From Opitutia bacterium (GTDB lineage Bacteria > Verrucomicrobiota > Verrucomicrobiia > Opitutales > Opitutaceae): a stretch of DNA of 64,000 nt. Every line of letters starts with the position of its first letter. Position 1 is the stretch's first letter. Shown here one piece after another: positions 37,725 through 47,044 of the stretch. A program made the translations under genes and the position numbers. The stretch spans positions 384,001 through 448,000 of the forward strand of contig CANJVR010000003.1 of NCBI GenBank assembly GCA_947478395.1. Direction: 5' to 3'. The notes beneath the pieces were generated by a model, which was not told where the DNA came from, ran no database searches, and saw only the letters and a list, made by a program, of their open reading frames with translations.

Positions 37725-38579
37725 ATGAAACGGATAAGATTTTTGACCTGGATCTTTGCTCTATGGGCTTTTGTTGCCCTCGGACTACACGCGGCCGAGA
37801 GCGAATCGCTGGCGCAGCGCACGCTGCGTCAGCTCACGGAGCGGCAGCGCACGCTCTTCGAGGATGCCGCGAAGCAGGGGGACAACTTGGAGGCGGAATC
37901 ATTTCGTTCGCAGGTGCAGGATTTGAGTCACAGCTATGAACGGCTGTTGCAGGACAATCCCAAGTTCGCCGCGGCCTACGCGGCTTATGGTTATCTTTTG
38001 TGCAAGGTCGACATGCGCAAGCAGGCGGCGGCGCTTTTGCTGAAGGCCAACCAGCTCGATAGCGACATTCCCCTCGTAAAAAACCAGCTGGGCAACCTGC
38101 TGGCTGAGGATGGTAAGCCGCTCGATGCGCTGCCTTATTTTCTCGCGGCGGTGAAACTGGTGCCCAACGAGCCCTTGTACCACTATCAGCTCGGCACGCT
38201 GCTGGCCGAGGCGCGTGATGATTTTCTGAAGAGCGGGTCGTGGACGCGGCCGGCGCTCGATCGCGCGATGCACGAGGCGTTTCGTCGTGCGGCGGAGCTG
38301 GCCCCGGCGCGCTTCGAGTTTGGCTACCGTTACGCGGAGTCGTTTTACGATCTCGCCACGCCGGATTGGGACGGAGCGCTCAAGGTCTGGGCGGCGTTGG
38401 AAGAAAAAGCGCCCACTCCGATCGAGCAGCAGACCCTCCGTTTGCATGCGGCAAATGTGTTGTTGAAACAGGGCCGCGCCGACCAGGCGAAACTCCTGCT
38501 CAACACCGTGACGGAGCCGGCCCTTCAGGCGCAGAAACAAAAGCTGATTGCACCGCCGGCTGAGACCGAGAAAAAGTGA
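37725..38579 (+). CDS. Secreted TPR-repeat protein
   Basis: Signal peptide; helical repeats (AAYAAYGYLL, VKNQLGNLL...ALPYFLAAVKLVP, YHYQLGTLL). Confidence 0.8.
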   Translation: MKRIRFLTWIFALWAFVALGLHAAESESLAQRTLRQLTERQRTLFEDAAKQGDNLEAESFRSQVQDLSHSYERLLQDNPKFAAAYAAYGYLLCKVDMRKQAAALLLKANQLDSDIPLVKNQLGNLLAEDGKPLDALPYFLAAVKLVPNEPLYHYQLGTLLAEARDDFLKSGSWTRPALDRAMHEAFRRAAELAPARFEFGYRYAESFYDLATPDWDGALKVWAALEEKAPTPIEQQTLRLHAANVLLKQGRADQAKLLLNTVTEPALQAQKQKLIAPPAETEKK

Positions 38580-38585
38580 CGGGCT

Positions 38586-39254
38586 ATGGATCTTGGTCTC
38601 ACGCCTGATGTTCTGCGCACCGGACTGCTACTTTATCTCCTGTTGGTGGTGACGCTTTGTCTGCGCACCTACGGCCAGGCGTGGGTGGCCACGCGGCTGG
38701 GCGATTCGACTCCGGCCGACCACGGTCGTCTCACGCTGAATCCGCTGCCTCATATGGATCTGATCGGTTCGGTGATTCTGCCGCTAATTTGTATTTTTTA
38801 TCTGCAGCCGCGGTTGGGTGGCATCAGTTTTTTTCTGGCGTGGGCCCGGCCGGTCCCGATCAACCCGTCGAATTTCCCCCATCCCGGCCGCGACTACATG
38901 TACACCCAGCTCGCCAATCCGGTCGTGAGTCTGGGCCTTGCGTTGGTCGCCTCGGTGGCAGGCGGACTGATGTTTCACTTCGATCCCCGCACGCTCGAGC
39001 TGTTCGGCTCGCTGATTATACTCAACGCGAGTCTCATCGTGATTGATTTCCTCCCCATCCCGCCGCTGCCCGGCGGCATGGTGCTCAAGCAACTCGGCGT
39101 GATGAGCGAGGAGACGTTCTGGCAGATTTCGCGCTGGAGCGGGCTCGTGCTGATGGTGGCGTTTAACATCCCCGCGGTGCGCGCCTTGATTTCGTTCATG
39201 ATCGGGCTGGTGGCGGCGCCGTTCGCGCTGTTGCTGCGATCGTTGATTTCATGA
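38586..39254 (+). CDS. Site-2 protease (M50) homologue lacking catalytic motifs
   Basis: Family block AWVA.RLGD.TP...GRLTLNPL.H.D.IG, WARPVPINP and LPIPPL retained. HExxH reads RTYGQ and NxxPxxxLDG reads DFLPIPPLPGG. Confidence 0.82.
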   Translation: MDLGLTPDVLRTGLLLYLLLVVTLCLRTYGQAWVATRLGDSTPADHGRLTLNPLPHMDLIGSVILPLICIFYLQPRLGGISFFLAWARPVPINPSNFPHPGRDYMYTQLANPVVSLGLALVASVAGGLMFHFDPRTLELFGSLIILNASLIVIDFLPIPPLPGGMVLKQLGVMSEETFWQISRWSGLVLMVAFNIPAVRALISFMIGLVAAPFALLLRSLIS

Positions 39255-40186
39255 GCGACGCGGCGACGGTGTTCTCCCGCTTAATCGGGCGAGGTGCGTC
39301 GCGGGCCGAGACCGTGGGCGCCTGGCTTCGGTTGGCGGAAAAACTTTACGCTCAGGCGGGCGCCGGTCTTGGCCAGGTATCGGCCAGCGCGCACGATGAA
39401 GCGCTTTACCTGCTGCTGCGTACGCTGGAGCTGCCGCTTGATAGCGACGCGCGCGTGCTGAAAAAAAAACTGACCGCCGCGCAGCGTACTAACGTAGCGG
39501 CGGTGTTTCGCCGGCGGCTCGTCGAGCGGGTGCCGGCGGCTTATCTCACGCGCGAAGCGTGGCTCGGCGAAGATCGATTCTATGTCGACGAGCGAGTGAT
39601 TATTCCCCGTTCCTATTTTTTGGAGATTATCCCGGAGCAACTCGACGACTGGTTGCCGGCCGCGAAGCAAGTCACGCACGTGGTGGATGTTTGCACCGGC
39701 TCGGGTTGTCTCGCGATTCTGCTGGCGAAACATTTTCCAAAGGCCCGCGTGGACGCCGTGGACCTCTCAACCGCGGCACTCGAAGTGGCGGCCATCAATG
39801 TGAAATCTCACCGGCTGGGGCGGCGCGTGGCATTGCACTGCAGCGATGTCTTCGACCGAGTTCCTGCGGCGAAGTACGATGTGATTCTGAGTAACCCGCC
39901 CTACGAGCCGAGTGCGCATTGCGACGCGCTGCCGTTGGAGTTTCAGCGGGAACCGCGGCTGGCGCTCGACGGCGGCGCGGACGGCCTCGATATCATTCGC
40001 AAGCTGCTGCGCCAGGCGCGGACCCGACTGCAGCCGCACGGCATTGTATTGATTGAAGTGGGCGGATTGCGCGCGGTGATGGACCGCGAATTTGCCGCGC
40101 TCGAGCCGCACTGGTTGCAGACGCACGACGGCAGCGACTGCGTATGCGTGATCAATGCGGCGCGGCTGAAACGGTGGCGGGGTTGA
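39251..40186 (+). CDS. prmB: Ribosomal protein L3 N5-glutamine methyltransferase
   Basis: ERVPAAYLT.EAW, FYVDERVIIPRS, DVCTGSGCLAI, SNPPY, EP.LAL.GG.DGLD, IEVG. Confidence 0.85.
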   Translation: MSDAATVFSRLIGRGASRAETVGAWLRLAEKLYAQAGAGLGQVSASAHDEALYLLLRTLELPLDSDARVLKKKLTAAQRTNVAAVFRRRLVERVPAAYLTREAWLGEDRFYVDERVIIPRSYFLEIIPEQLDDWLPAAKQVTHVVDVCTGSGCLAILLAKHFPKARVDAVDLSTAALEVAAINVKSHRLGRRVALHCSDVFDRVPAAKYDVILSNPPYEPSAHCDALPLEFQREPRLALDGGADGLDIIRKLLRQARTRLQPHGIVLIEVGGLRAVMDREFAALEPHWLQTHDGSDCVCVINAARLKRWRG

Positions 40187-40206
40187 GCTCGGATTTCGGA
40201 AGGTTC

Positions 40207-40318
40207 GCCACGAAGAGGCCCCAAGATTCCTCTTTTTCTCCGACTGCCTCCCCGGCGCGCCTCCAGGCGCATCAACGCGTTGCTGGAGCGGAGTAAACTT
40301 TTCGTGCCTTTTCGTGGC
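40207..40318. mobile_element. Putative MITE-like element (copy 1) with imperfect terminal inverted repeats
   Basis: GCCACGAAGAGGC...GCCTTTTCGTGGC termini and internal GCGCGCCTCCAGGCGC core; related copy at 41624-41732. Confidence 0.55.
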
Positions 40319-40401
40319 CAAAATTCCGGAGTTTGAACTCGGCGATTGTCTCGACGGGCGCGGCGGCTTGGCATGGCGGGCGCTTTTCAAGCACCTCATT
40401 C

Positions 40402-41601
40402 ATGGACGCTCATTTGATGGAATTTCTCGGGATGCTGGTGCGCTGGCTGCACGTCATTGCCGGCGTGGCGTGGATCGGGTCGTCGTTTTATTTCATCTGG
40501 CTCGACAACAGCCTCGATGCACCCGAACCCGGTTCCGCCAACGCGACGAAGGGCGTCTCCGGCGAACTCTGGGCGGTCCATGGCGGCGGTTTCTATAATC
40601 CGCAGAAGTACGCCGTCGCGCCGCCATTGCTGCCGGAGAAATTGCACTGGTTCAAATGGGAGGCGTACACGACGTGGCTTTCGGGCACCGCGCTGCTGGT
40701 GCTCGTTTACTGGCTGCACGCGCAGACGATGATGGTCGACTCGCGCCTCGTGGCGCTTTCGGGCCTTCAGGCCGTCGGGATCGGCGCCGGCAGCATGGTG
40801 CTTTCGTGGTTCGTGTACGACGCGTTGTGCCGTTCGCCGCTCGGTAAACGCGAAGGACTGCTCGCCCTGGTGGTGTTTGCGTTGCTCGGCGGTTTGACCT
40901 GGGCGCTCTGCCACTGGCTCGGCGGGCGCGCCGCGTACATCCACGTCGGCACTTCGATCGGCACGATCATGGCGGCAAACGTTTTTTTCGTGATCATCCC
41001 CGGGCAGAAAAAAATGGTGGATGCGATGCGCGCGGGCGGTTTACCGGATCCGATCTACGGCAAGCGCGGCAAGCAGCGCAGCGTGCATAATAATTATTTC
41101 ACGCTGCCGGTGATTTTCATCATGATCAGCAACCACTATGCTGCGACGTACAGCCACGCGCAAAATTGGGCCGTGTTGCTGCTGATCTCGGGCGCGGCGG
41201 TGTCGATCCGCCATTTTTTCAATCGCAAGCACAAGGGCGTCTACGCGTGGCAATTCCTGGGCGCGGGCGGCGTGATGCTCGGATTTACCGCGTGGTGGAC
41301 GGGGCCGCACGGCCCGCCGCCGCCGATGTCTGCGCTGCCGGTCAGCTTTGCGCAGATCCAGCCGATCATGGCGCAGCGTTGTGCGACCTGCCACATGCCC
41401 ACGCCAACGTTTCCCGGCATCGCGCAGGCCCCGGCGGGCGTTTTGCTGAACAACTCAGCGAACATCGCGCAGAACGCGGGCCGGATATATCAGCAGGTCG
41501 CGGTGACGCGCATCATGCCGCTCGGGAATATTACACAAATCACCGACGAGGAACGCGCGATGATCGCCCGCTGGGTCCACGACGGGGCGAAGACGCAGTG
41601 A
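40402..41601 (+). CDS. puuD: Membrane urate hydroxylase with C-terminal cytochrome c
   Basis: RWLHVIAG.AWIGSSFYFIWLD, GELWAVHGGGFY, LHWFKWEAYTTWLSG, KQRSVHNNYFTLPV.F.MISNHY, CATCH, MPLGN.T. Confidence 0.9.
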   Translation: MDAHLMEFLGMLVRWLHVIAGVAWIGSSFYFIWLDNSLDAPEPGSANATKGVSGELWAVHGGGFYNPQKYAVAPPLLPEKLHWFKWEAYTTWLSGTALLVLVYWLHAQTMMVDSRLVALSGLQAVGIGAGSMVLSWFVYDALCRSPLGKREGLLALVVFALLGGLTWALCHWLGGRAAYIHVGTSIGTIMAANVFFVIIPGQKKMVDAMRAGGLPDPIYGKRGKQRSVHNNYFTLPVIFIMISNHYAATYSHAQNWAVLLLISGAAVSIRHFFNRKHKGVYAWQFLGAGGVMLGFTAWWTGPHGPPPPMSALPVSFAQIQPIMAQRCATCHMPTPTFPGIAQAPAGVLLNNSANIAQNAGRIYQQVAVTRIMPLGNITQITDEERAMIARWVHDGAKTQ

Positions 41602-41623
41602 ATTTTAAGGCGGCGGAATTTTG

Positions 41624-41732
41624 GCCACGAAGAGGCGCAAGGATTTCGTTCACTCCGGCCAAATCTCCCGCGCGCCTCTAGGCGCGTGGATGGCTTTTCG
41701 CAGTATTGGATATTTTCGTGCCGCTTCGTCGC
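41624..41732. mobile_element. Putative MITE-like element (copy 2)
   Basis: GCCACGAAGAGGC...GCCGCTTCGTCGC termini and internal GCGCGCCTCTAGGCGC core; same orientation as copy 1. Confidence 0.55.
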
Positions 41733-41752
41733 CATCTTCCGATCGGATCGGC

Positions 41753-42142
41753 TTAGGGTTTGCGGACGGGGAGGCCGGCATCGGCCCAGGTTTTGAAGGC
41801 GCCAGCGTTGGCGACCTTGAAACCCTTTTCGGCCAGCGCGCTGCCCACGATGCCGGCGCGATTGCCGCTGCGGCAGTAGAGGATGATTTCTTTGCCGGCG
41901 TTTTTCTCGAGGAACGGTTTCCAGTCTTTTTGCGCGCCGTCGAAGTCGCTTTTCGCGAGGAGCACCGCGGGCGCGGCGACGCCAGTCTCGGCCCACTCGG
42001 AGGGCTCGCGGCAATCGACGAGGACGGCTTTGCCTTCGGCGATGAGTTTGGCGGCGGCGGCTGGTTCGATTTTGGCGACGTCAGCAGCCCAGGCGAAACT
42101 GACGGTGGCGAGAAGCGTGGCGAGGAGGCGAGGAAGTTTCAT
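41753..42142 (-). CDS. Periplasmic single-domain rhodanese (PspE-like)
   Basis: Signal peptide; VDCREPSEW and active-site loop YCRSGNRA; GAFKTW..AGLP. Confidence 0.88.
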   Translation of the reverse strand: MKLPRLLATLLATVSFAWAADVAKIEPAAAAKLIAEGKAVLVDCREPSEWAETGVAAPAVLLAKSDFDGAQKDWKPFLEKNAGKEIILYCRSGNRAGIVGSALAEKGFKVANAGAFKTWADAGLPVRKP

Positions 42143-42209
42143 AGGGAGGAAGGGGAGTTCTGGGGGCGGTATCGGCCTAGTGCGCGACCGCCCAATTGGT
42201 GGGGGTGGG

Positions 42210-42401
42210 TTAATTTTTCTTGCTCGAACAGGTGCTCAGGCCGAGCGGCACGTAGGCGGGGCAAAAGCGGAACACAGCGGTGAGGATGGGTACGAGGCCG
42301 ACGAGGCCCCACCAGGATTTCAAGTAGTAGCCAACGCCGAGCAGCGCGAGGCCAGCGGTGAGGCGGAGAGTGCGGTCGACGGAGCCGATGTTGGAGTTCA
42401 T
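42210..42401 (-). CDS. DUF2892 (YgaP-like) small membrane protein
   Basis: MNSNIGSVDRTLRLTAG...GLVPILTAVFRFCPAY.PLG.STC. Confidence 0.85.
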   Translation of the reverse strand: MNSNIGSVDRTLRLTAGLALLGVGYYLKSWWGLVGLVPILTAVFRFCPAYVPLGLSTCSSKKN

Positions 42402-42443
42402 GGAGGATCGTGATGGTTGCTGAACGAGGGGTATGGACAAATA

Positions 42444-45400
42444 TTACGCGGCGGAGTGCCGGTTGGTGACGTAGTAAAGAACGGGAACGGCCAGCCGGCT
42501 GATCAAAAGGGAGGCGATTTCGCCGGCCATCAGGCTGATGGCGAGGCCTTGGAAAATCGGATCGGCGAGAATCACACTCGCGCCCACGACGACGGCGAGC
42601 GCGGTGAGCAGCATCGGGCGAAAGCGGACGGCGCCGGCCTCGATGACGGCTTCGCGTAAGGGGAGACCATGGGCGCGCCGCAGTTCGATAAAATCGACGA
42701 GGATGATGGAATTGCGGACGACGATCCCTGCGCCCGCCATAAAGCCGATCATCGACGTCGCGGTGAAAAATGCTCCGAGCGCCCAGTGCGCCGGGAGAAT
42801 GCCGATCAGAGAAAACGGAATCGCGGCCATGACGACGAGCGGCGTGACGTAGCTTTTGAACCAGCCGACCAGCAGCATGGCGATGAGTACTAGGACCGCG
42901 GCGAAGGCGAGACCGAGATCGCGAAACACTTCGAGCGTGATGTGCCATTCGCCGTCCCATTTCAGCGAAGGCTGCTGGTCGTCGAAAGGTTGGTTAAGAT
43001 GGTAAATGGGGAGTTCAGCGGTGCTGGCGCCGAAGTGGCGGGCGTCGATTTTCTGGATCTCGCGATGCATAGGGAACAGCGCGTACGCAGGGCTTTCGAC
43101 GATGCCGGCGACGTCCGCAGTGACGTAGGTGACGGGCTTGAGATTTTTGCGGTAGAGGTTGCGCTCGCCGGTCGTGCGTTCGACGCGTACGAGCTCGGAG
43201 AGTGGGATGAGTGGCGCCGCGGGATTGAGGTCGGCGCGGACGTCGAGGGCGAGAATCGCGGCGGGATCAGCGCGGGTCGAGGCGGGGAGATCGACGATGA
43301 TCGGGAGGTCTTCGCGCTCGGCGGGAAGGTGTAGTAGGTCGATCGTGTGGCCTTGGGTGGCGAGGGCGATGGTTTGGTTGATCGCGGCCATACTGACTCC
43401 GTGGATCGCGGCCAGTTCGCGATCGGCGACATAGCGGATCGTGGGCTGGGCGTCTTCGACGAACCAATCGACGTCCACGACCCCGGGAGATTTTTGCATG
43501 ATTTCCCGGACAGCTTGCGCGAGCGCGAGGCGCTGCGTTTCGGATGGGCCGTAGATTTCCGCGACGATGGATTGAAGGACGGGTGGACCGGGGGGGACCT
43601 CGGAGACGGCGATGTTGGCGCCATAGGATTGCGCGATCGCCGTGAGTCGGGGGCGGAGTCGGCGGGCGATGGCGTGGCTTTGGTCGGAGCGTTCAGATTT
43701 ACCGACGAGGTTGACTTGGATGTCAGCGACATTGGGTCCGCGGCGGAGGAAGGAATGGCGGACAAGGCCGTTGAAGTTAAACGGCGCGGAGGTACCGGCG
43801 TAGATTTGATAATCGCGAACGTTGGGTTCCCCGCGGAGGGCGGCGGTCATTTCGGTGGCGATGCGGGTGGTCTGCTCGAGGGTGGTGCCCTCGGGGGTGT
43901 TCAGCACGATCTGGAACTCCGACTTGTTGTCGAAGGGGAGCATCTTGATCGTAACCGCGCCGGTGAGTACGAAGCCGACCGCAAGCAGGAGTAGCCCGAC
44001 GATGCCGATGAGAAACGTCCAACGCCAGCGGGCACGGTCGAGCAGGGGCCCCATCACGCGGTAGTAGAGGCGGGTGAACCAGTCGGATGGCGCGGGTTCG
44101 ATTTCTCCGTGCGCATCCGCGGGCACCTTCGGTCCATCGCCCGATGGGACGCGAACGGGTTGGTGGCGGCGGAGGAGGCGGATGGCGGCCCATGGCGTGA
44201 CGGTGAAGGCGATGAGAATGGAAAAAAGCATCGCGGCGGTGGAGCCGATCGGAATGGGCCGCATGTAGGGTCCCATGAGCCCGCCGACGAACGCCATGGG
44301 CAGGATGGCGGCGATGACCGCCCAGGTGGCGAGGATCGTGGGGTTGCCCACTTCGTCGACGGCAGCGAGGGCGACTTCGCCCAGAGACTTGTGGGCGGCG
44401 CTGGGCAGTCGCAGATGGCGGACAATGTTTTCGACGACGACGATCGCATCGTCCACGAGGATACCGATGGAGAAGATCAGCGCGAAGAGCGTGATGCGGT
44501 TGAGCGTGTACCCGTAAAGGTAGAACACGAGCAGCGTGAGCGCGAGGGTGGTGGGAATCGCGAGGAGCACGACGAACGATTCCCGCCAGCCCAGGAAGAT
44601 CAGGACGAGGAGGGCGACGCCGAAGACCGCGATGCCCATGTGGAGGAGGAGCTCGTCGCTTTTCTCGGCGGCGGTGTGGCCGTAGTCGCGGGTGACGGTG
44701 ACGGTCACATCGGCGGGGAGGAGGGTGCCGCGAAGCGTATCGACCTTGGCGAGGGCGGTGCGGACGACGTCGATGGCATTGGCGCCGGGGCGTTTGGCGA
44801 GACTCAGTGTAACAGCCGGCTCCAAATCGGTCGCAGCGGAGCCGTGGAGGACGTAGTCGGCGGGTTCCTCGGTGGCGTCGGTGATCGTGGCGACATCGCG
44901 AAGGTAGACGGGCGTGGCGCCGTGCAGGCCGACCACGACGGAGGCGGCGTCGTTGCGGTCGCGGAGGAACCCACCGCTTTCGAGGAGGAACTCGGTGTTG
45001 GCAAAAGGGCGTGAACCGATTTGGAGCTGCCGGTTGGCGGCTTGGAGCGCGGGGGCGATCTGATTGGCGGTGAGACCCTGGGCGGTGAGGGCGGCGGAAT
45101 CGAGTTGCACGCGCAGGGCCCGGCGAACGCCGCCGCTCACCGTCGTTTCGGCGACCTCCGGAATGGCTTTGAGGGCATCGTCGAGTTGGAGGGCGAGACG
45201 CCGGAGGGCCAGAGAATCGTGGTGGGAGCTGGAGAGGGTGAGAGCGAGAATCGGGACATCGTCGATCGTGCGGGGCTTGATGAGCGGCGCGGTGGCCCCG
45301 AGGGGAAGGCGATCGAGATTGGCCTGGAGGCGTTGGTTAAGGCGGACCAGCGCGGGCTCGATGGCGGTACCGACGCGGTAGCGGACAATGATGACGCTGC

Positions 45401-45695
45401 GGCCCGGGCTGGAGGTGGAGTAGAGATATTCGACGCCGGGAATTTCCCAGAGGAGTTTCTCGAGCGGGCGAGTGAGTCGGTTTTCGATTTCGAGCGGTGT
45501 CGCGCCGGGGAGGGCGCTGATCACGTCGATCATGGGGACGTTGATCTGAGGCTCCTCTTCGCGCGGGAGCATCAGGACGGCAAAGAGCCCGAGGATAACG
45601 GATGCGATGATCGCGATCGGGGTGAGTTTCGACGTGGCGAAGTACGCGGCTAGGCGGCCCGCGAGTCCGAGGGGAGCTGAATCGCCGGCAGTCAT
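42444..45695 (-). CDS. AcrB-superfamily RND permease
   Basis: 1083 aa; PREEEPQI.VPMIDV, TLNRITLFALIFSIGILVDDAIVVVEN, KMLPFDNKSE, RFRPMLLTA. Confidence 0.92.
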   Translation of the reverse strand: MTAGDSAPLGLAGRLAAYFATSKLTPIAIIASVILGLFAVLMLPREEEPQINVPMIDVISALPGATPLEIENRLTRPLEKLLWEIPGVEYLYSTSSPGRSVIIVRYRVGTAIEPALVRLNQRLQANLDRLPLGATAPLIKPRTIDDVPILALTLSSSHHDSLALRRLALQLDDALKAIPEVAETTVSGGVRRALRVQLDSAALTAQGLTANQIAPALQAANRQLQIGSRPFANTEFLLESGGFLRDRNDAASVVVGLHGATPVYLRDVATITDATEEPADYVLHGSAATDLEPAVTLSLAKRPGANAIDVVRTALAKVDTLRGTLLPADVTVTVTRDYGHTAAEKSDELLLHMGIAVFGVALLVLIFLGWRESFVVLLAIPTTLALTLLVFYLYGYTLNRITLFALIFSIGILVDDAIVVVENIVRHLRLPSAAHKSLGEVALAAVDEVGNPTILATWAVIAAILPMAFVGGLMGPYMRPIPIGSTAAMLFSILIAFTVTPWAAIRLLRRHQPVRVPSGDGPKVPADAHGEIEPAPSDWFTRLYYRVMGPLLDRARWRWTFLIGIVGLLLLAVGFVLTGAVTIKMLPFDNKSEFQIVLNTPEGTTLEQTTRIATEMTAALRGEPNVRDYQIYAGTSAPFNFNGLVRHSFLRRGPNVADIQVNLVGKSERSDQSHAIARRLRPRLTAIAQSYGANIAVSEVPPGPPVLQSIVAEIYGPSETQRLALAQAVREIMQKSPGVVDVDWFVEDAQPTIRYVADRELAAIHGVSMAAINQTIALATQGHTIDLLHLPAEREDLPIIVDLPASTRADPAAILALDVRADLNPAAPLIPLSELVRVERTTGERNLYRKNLKPVTYVTADVAGIVESPAYALFPMHREIQKIDARHFGASTAELPIYHLNQPFDDQQPSLKWDGEWHITLEVFRDLGLAFAAVLVLIAMLLVGWFKSYVTPLVVMAAIPFSLIGILPAHWALGAFFTATSMIGFMAGAGIVVRNSIILVDFIELRRAHGLPLREAVIEAGAVRFRPMLLTALAVVVGASVILADPIFQGLAISLMAGEIASLLISRLAVPVLYYVTNRHSAA

Positions 45696-46717
45696 GGGCG
45701 GAGGTTGACGTGTTGGCCATCGCGGAGCGCGGGAGCGGGATCGAGGACGACGGTTTCGCCCGCGGTGAGGCCGGAAAGAATGACGGTATTTTCGCCGTGG
45801 GCACCGGCCGACTTCACGAGCCGGAGCTGGGTCTGGCCCCCGGCGCTGACGACGAAGACGCGTTCCAGCGAACCAAAGACGGTGAGGGCTCGGGTGGGAA
45901 CGAGAAGGACCGTAGAGTTTCCCCCGGTCGGCCAGAGGACACGAACCAGCTGACCGGATCGGAAAGAGACGGTGGCGGGAAGATCGAGTTGAGCGAGCCG
46001 GGTGCGGGTGATCGGATCGGCGGCGGCGGAGAGCTCAGCAAGCCGGGCGGTGACCGTGGTGACCGCTTCCGGACCGGACGGTATGGCCAAGCCGGTCCCG
46101 ATTGGAATGGAGGCTAAACTGGCGGGAACCTGGACCTCGGCGCGGAGATGGTCCGTCGCCTCGAGGTCGAGGAGAGGCGTGCCCGGGAGAGCGAGGTCAC
46201 CGCTGTTGATGAGTTTGCGGGTGATGGTGCCGGCGAAAGGTGCGGTGATCCGGGTGTAACCGAGCAGCGCCTCGGCTTCGGTGACGGCGGCTTGCGCGAG
46301 CTGGCGGCGGTCCGCGGCGGCGCGGGCGGAATCGGCGGCGGCGGCATTTAGTTTCACGAGTTCCGTTTCGCGGGCTGACTCGCGTTCAGCTTGAGCGAGG
46401 ACGGCGCGGGCTTGCGAGAGGCGGGCCGGAACTTCCGGCGCGTGGAGCGTGAGGAGGAGTTCCCCGGCGGAAACGTTCTGGCCGACGAAGAACGTGGCGC
46501 CGGTGACACTACCCATGACGCGGGCGGCGAGGGTCGCGTGTTCCAGCGGACGCACCGTGGCAGTCAGGGTCTGCGTGTTTGCGAGGCCAACGAATTCAAC
46601 GCGGGCGGAGCGGACATCCACGGCCGGTTGATCCGGGATGGCGGTGGGCGGCGGGTTGCGTCCACAGCCAGAAAATACCGAGGTGGCGAAGGCGAGGAGA
46701 ATGGCGAACGGACGCAT
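45692..46717 (-). CDS. RND periplasmic adaptor (MFP), lipoprotein
   Basis: Lipobox FSGC; lipoyl halves, ITAPFAGTIT, ADPITRT, VILSGLTAGETVV; ATGA overlap with the RND gene. Confidence 0.9.
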   Translation of the reverse strand: MRPFAILLAFATSVFSGCGRNPPPTAIPDQPAVDVRSARVEFVGLANTQTLTATVRPLEHATLAARVMGSVTGATFFVGQNVSAGELLLTLHAPEVPARLSQARAVLAQAERESARETELVKLNAAAADSARAAADRRQLAQAAVTEAEALLGYTRITAPFAGTITRKLINSGDLALPGTPLLDLEATDHLRAEVQVPASLASIPIGTGLAIPSGPEAVTTVTARLAELSAAADPITRTRLAQLDLPATVSFRSGQLVRVLWPTGGNSTVLLVPTRALTVFGSLERVFVVSAGGQTQLRLVKSAGAHGENTVILSGLTAGETVVLDPAPALRDGQHVNLRP

Positions 46718-46735
46718 GACGGGGAGCGCGGGGGA

Positions 46736-46963
46736 TTACGGCCGGGTGGAGCCGCCGACCCGGATGTACCCGTCGGGCGTGATCCAGCCGATTTTTTTAA
46801 GCAGGAAGGTGGGCGGGCAGAAGCCGGTGAACGCGGACTGAATAAGGTTGAGTCCCGCGAAAGCGGTGAGGAATAGCCAGCGCTCGTCGAGCCAGAGCGC
46901 GAGCACTACGCTGGCGAGAACGACCGAGCCGGCGAGAACGCGGATAAATGATTCAGTTTTCAT
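46736..46963 (-). CDS. DUF2892 (YgaP-like) small membrane protein
   Basis: IRVLAGSVVLASV.L...WLFLTAFAGLNLIQSAFTGFCP...LKKIG. Confidence 0.87.
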   Translation of the reverse strand: MKTESFIRVLAGSVVLASVVLALWLDERWLFLTAFAGLNLIQSAFTGFCPPTFLLKKIGWITPDGYIRVGGSTRP

Positions 46964-46980
46964 GGGGCGGAGTGCGGGTG

Positions 46981-47016
46981 TATTTATATATGTTTATATG
47001 CGCATATGCTTGTAAA
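46981..47016. promoter_or_regulatory. AT-rich divergent promoter/operator (likely ArsR site)
   Basis: Perfect palindrome ATATGCGCATAT (46996-47007) within three 8-nt ATATGNNN units (46988-47011), between divergent DUF2892 and arsR-family genes. Confidence 0.6.
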
Positions 47017-47044
47017 ATAGTCAAGCGGTGCTTGGGTTGCGGCC

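Noticed and set aside
37711..37737. Short repeats as a CRISPR array
   Set aside because: Three 9-nt units without spacers; no cas genes or regularly spaced repeats anywhere in the window.
42200..47000. Horizontally acquired island suggested by purine-rich plus strand
   Set aside because: Explicable by minus-strand codon usage; no integrase, tRNA or direct repeats, and composition could not be computed.
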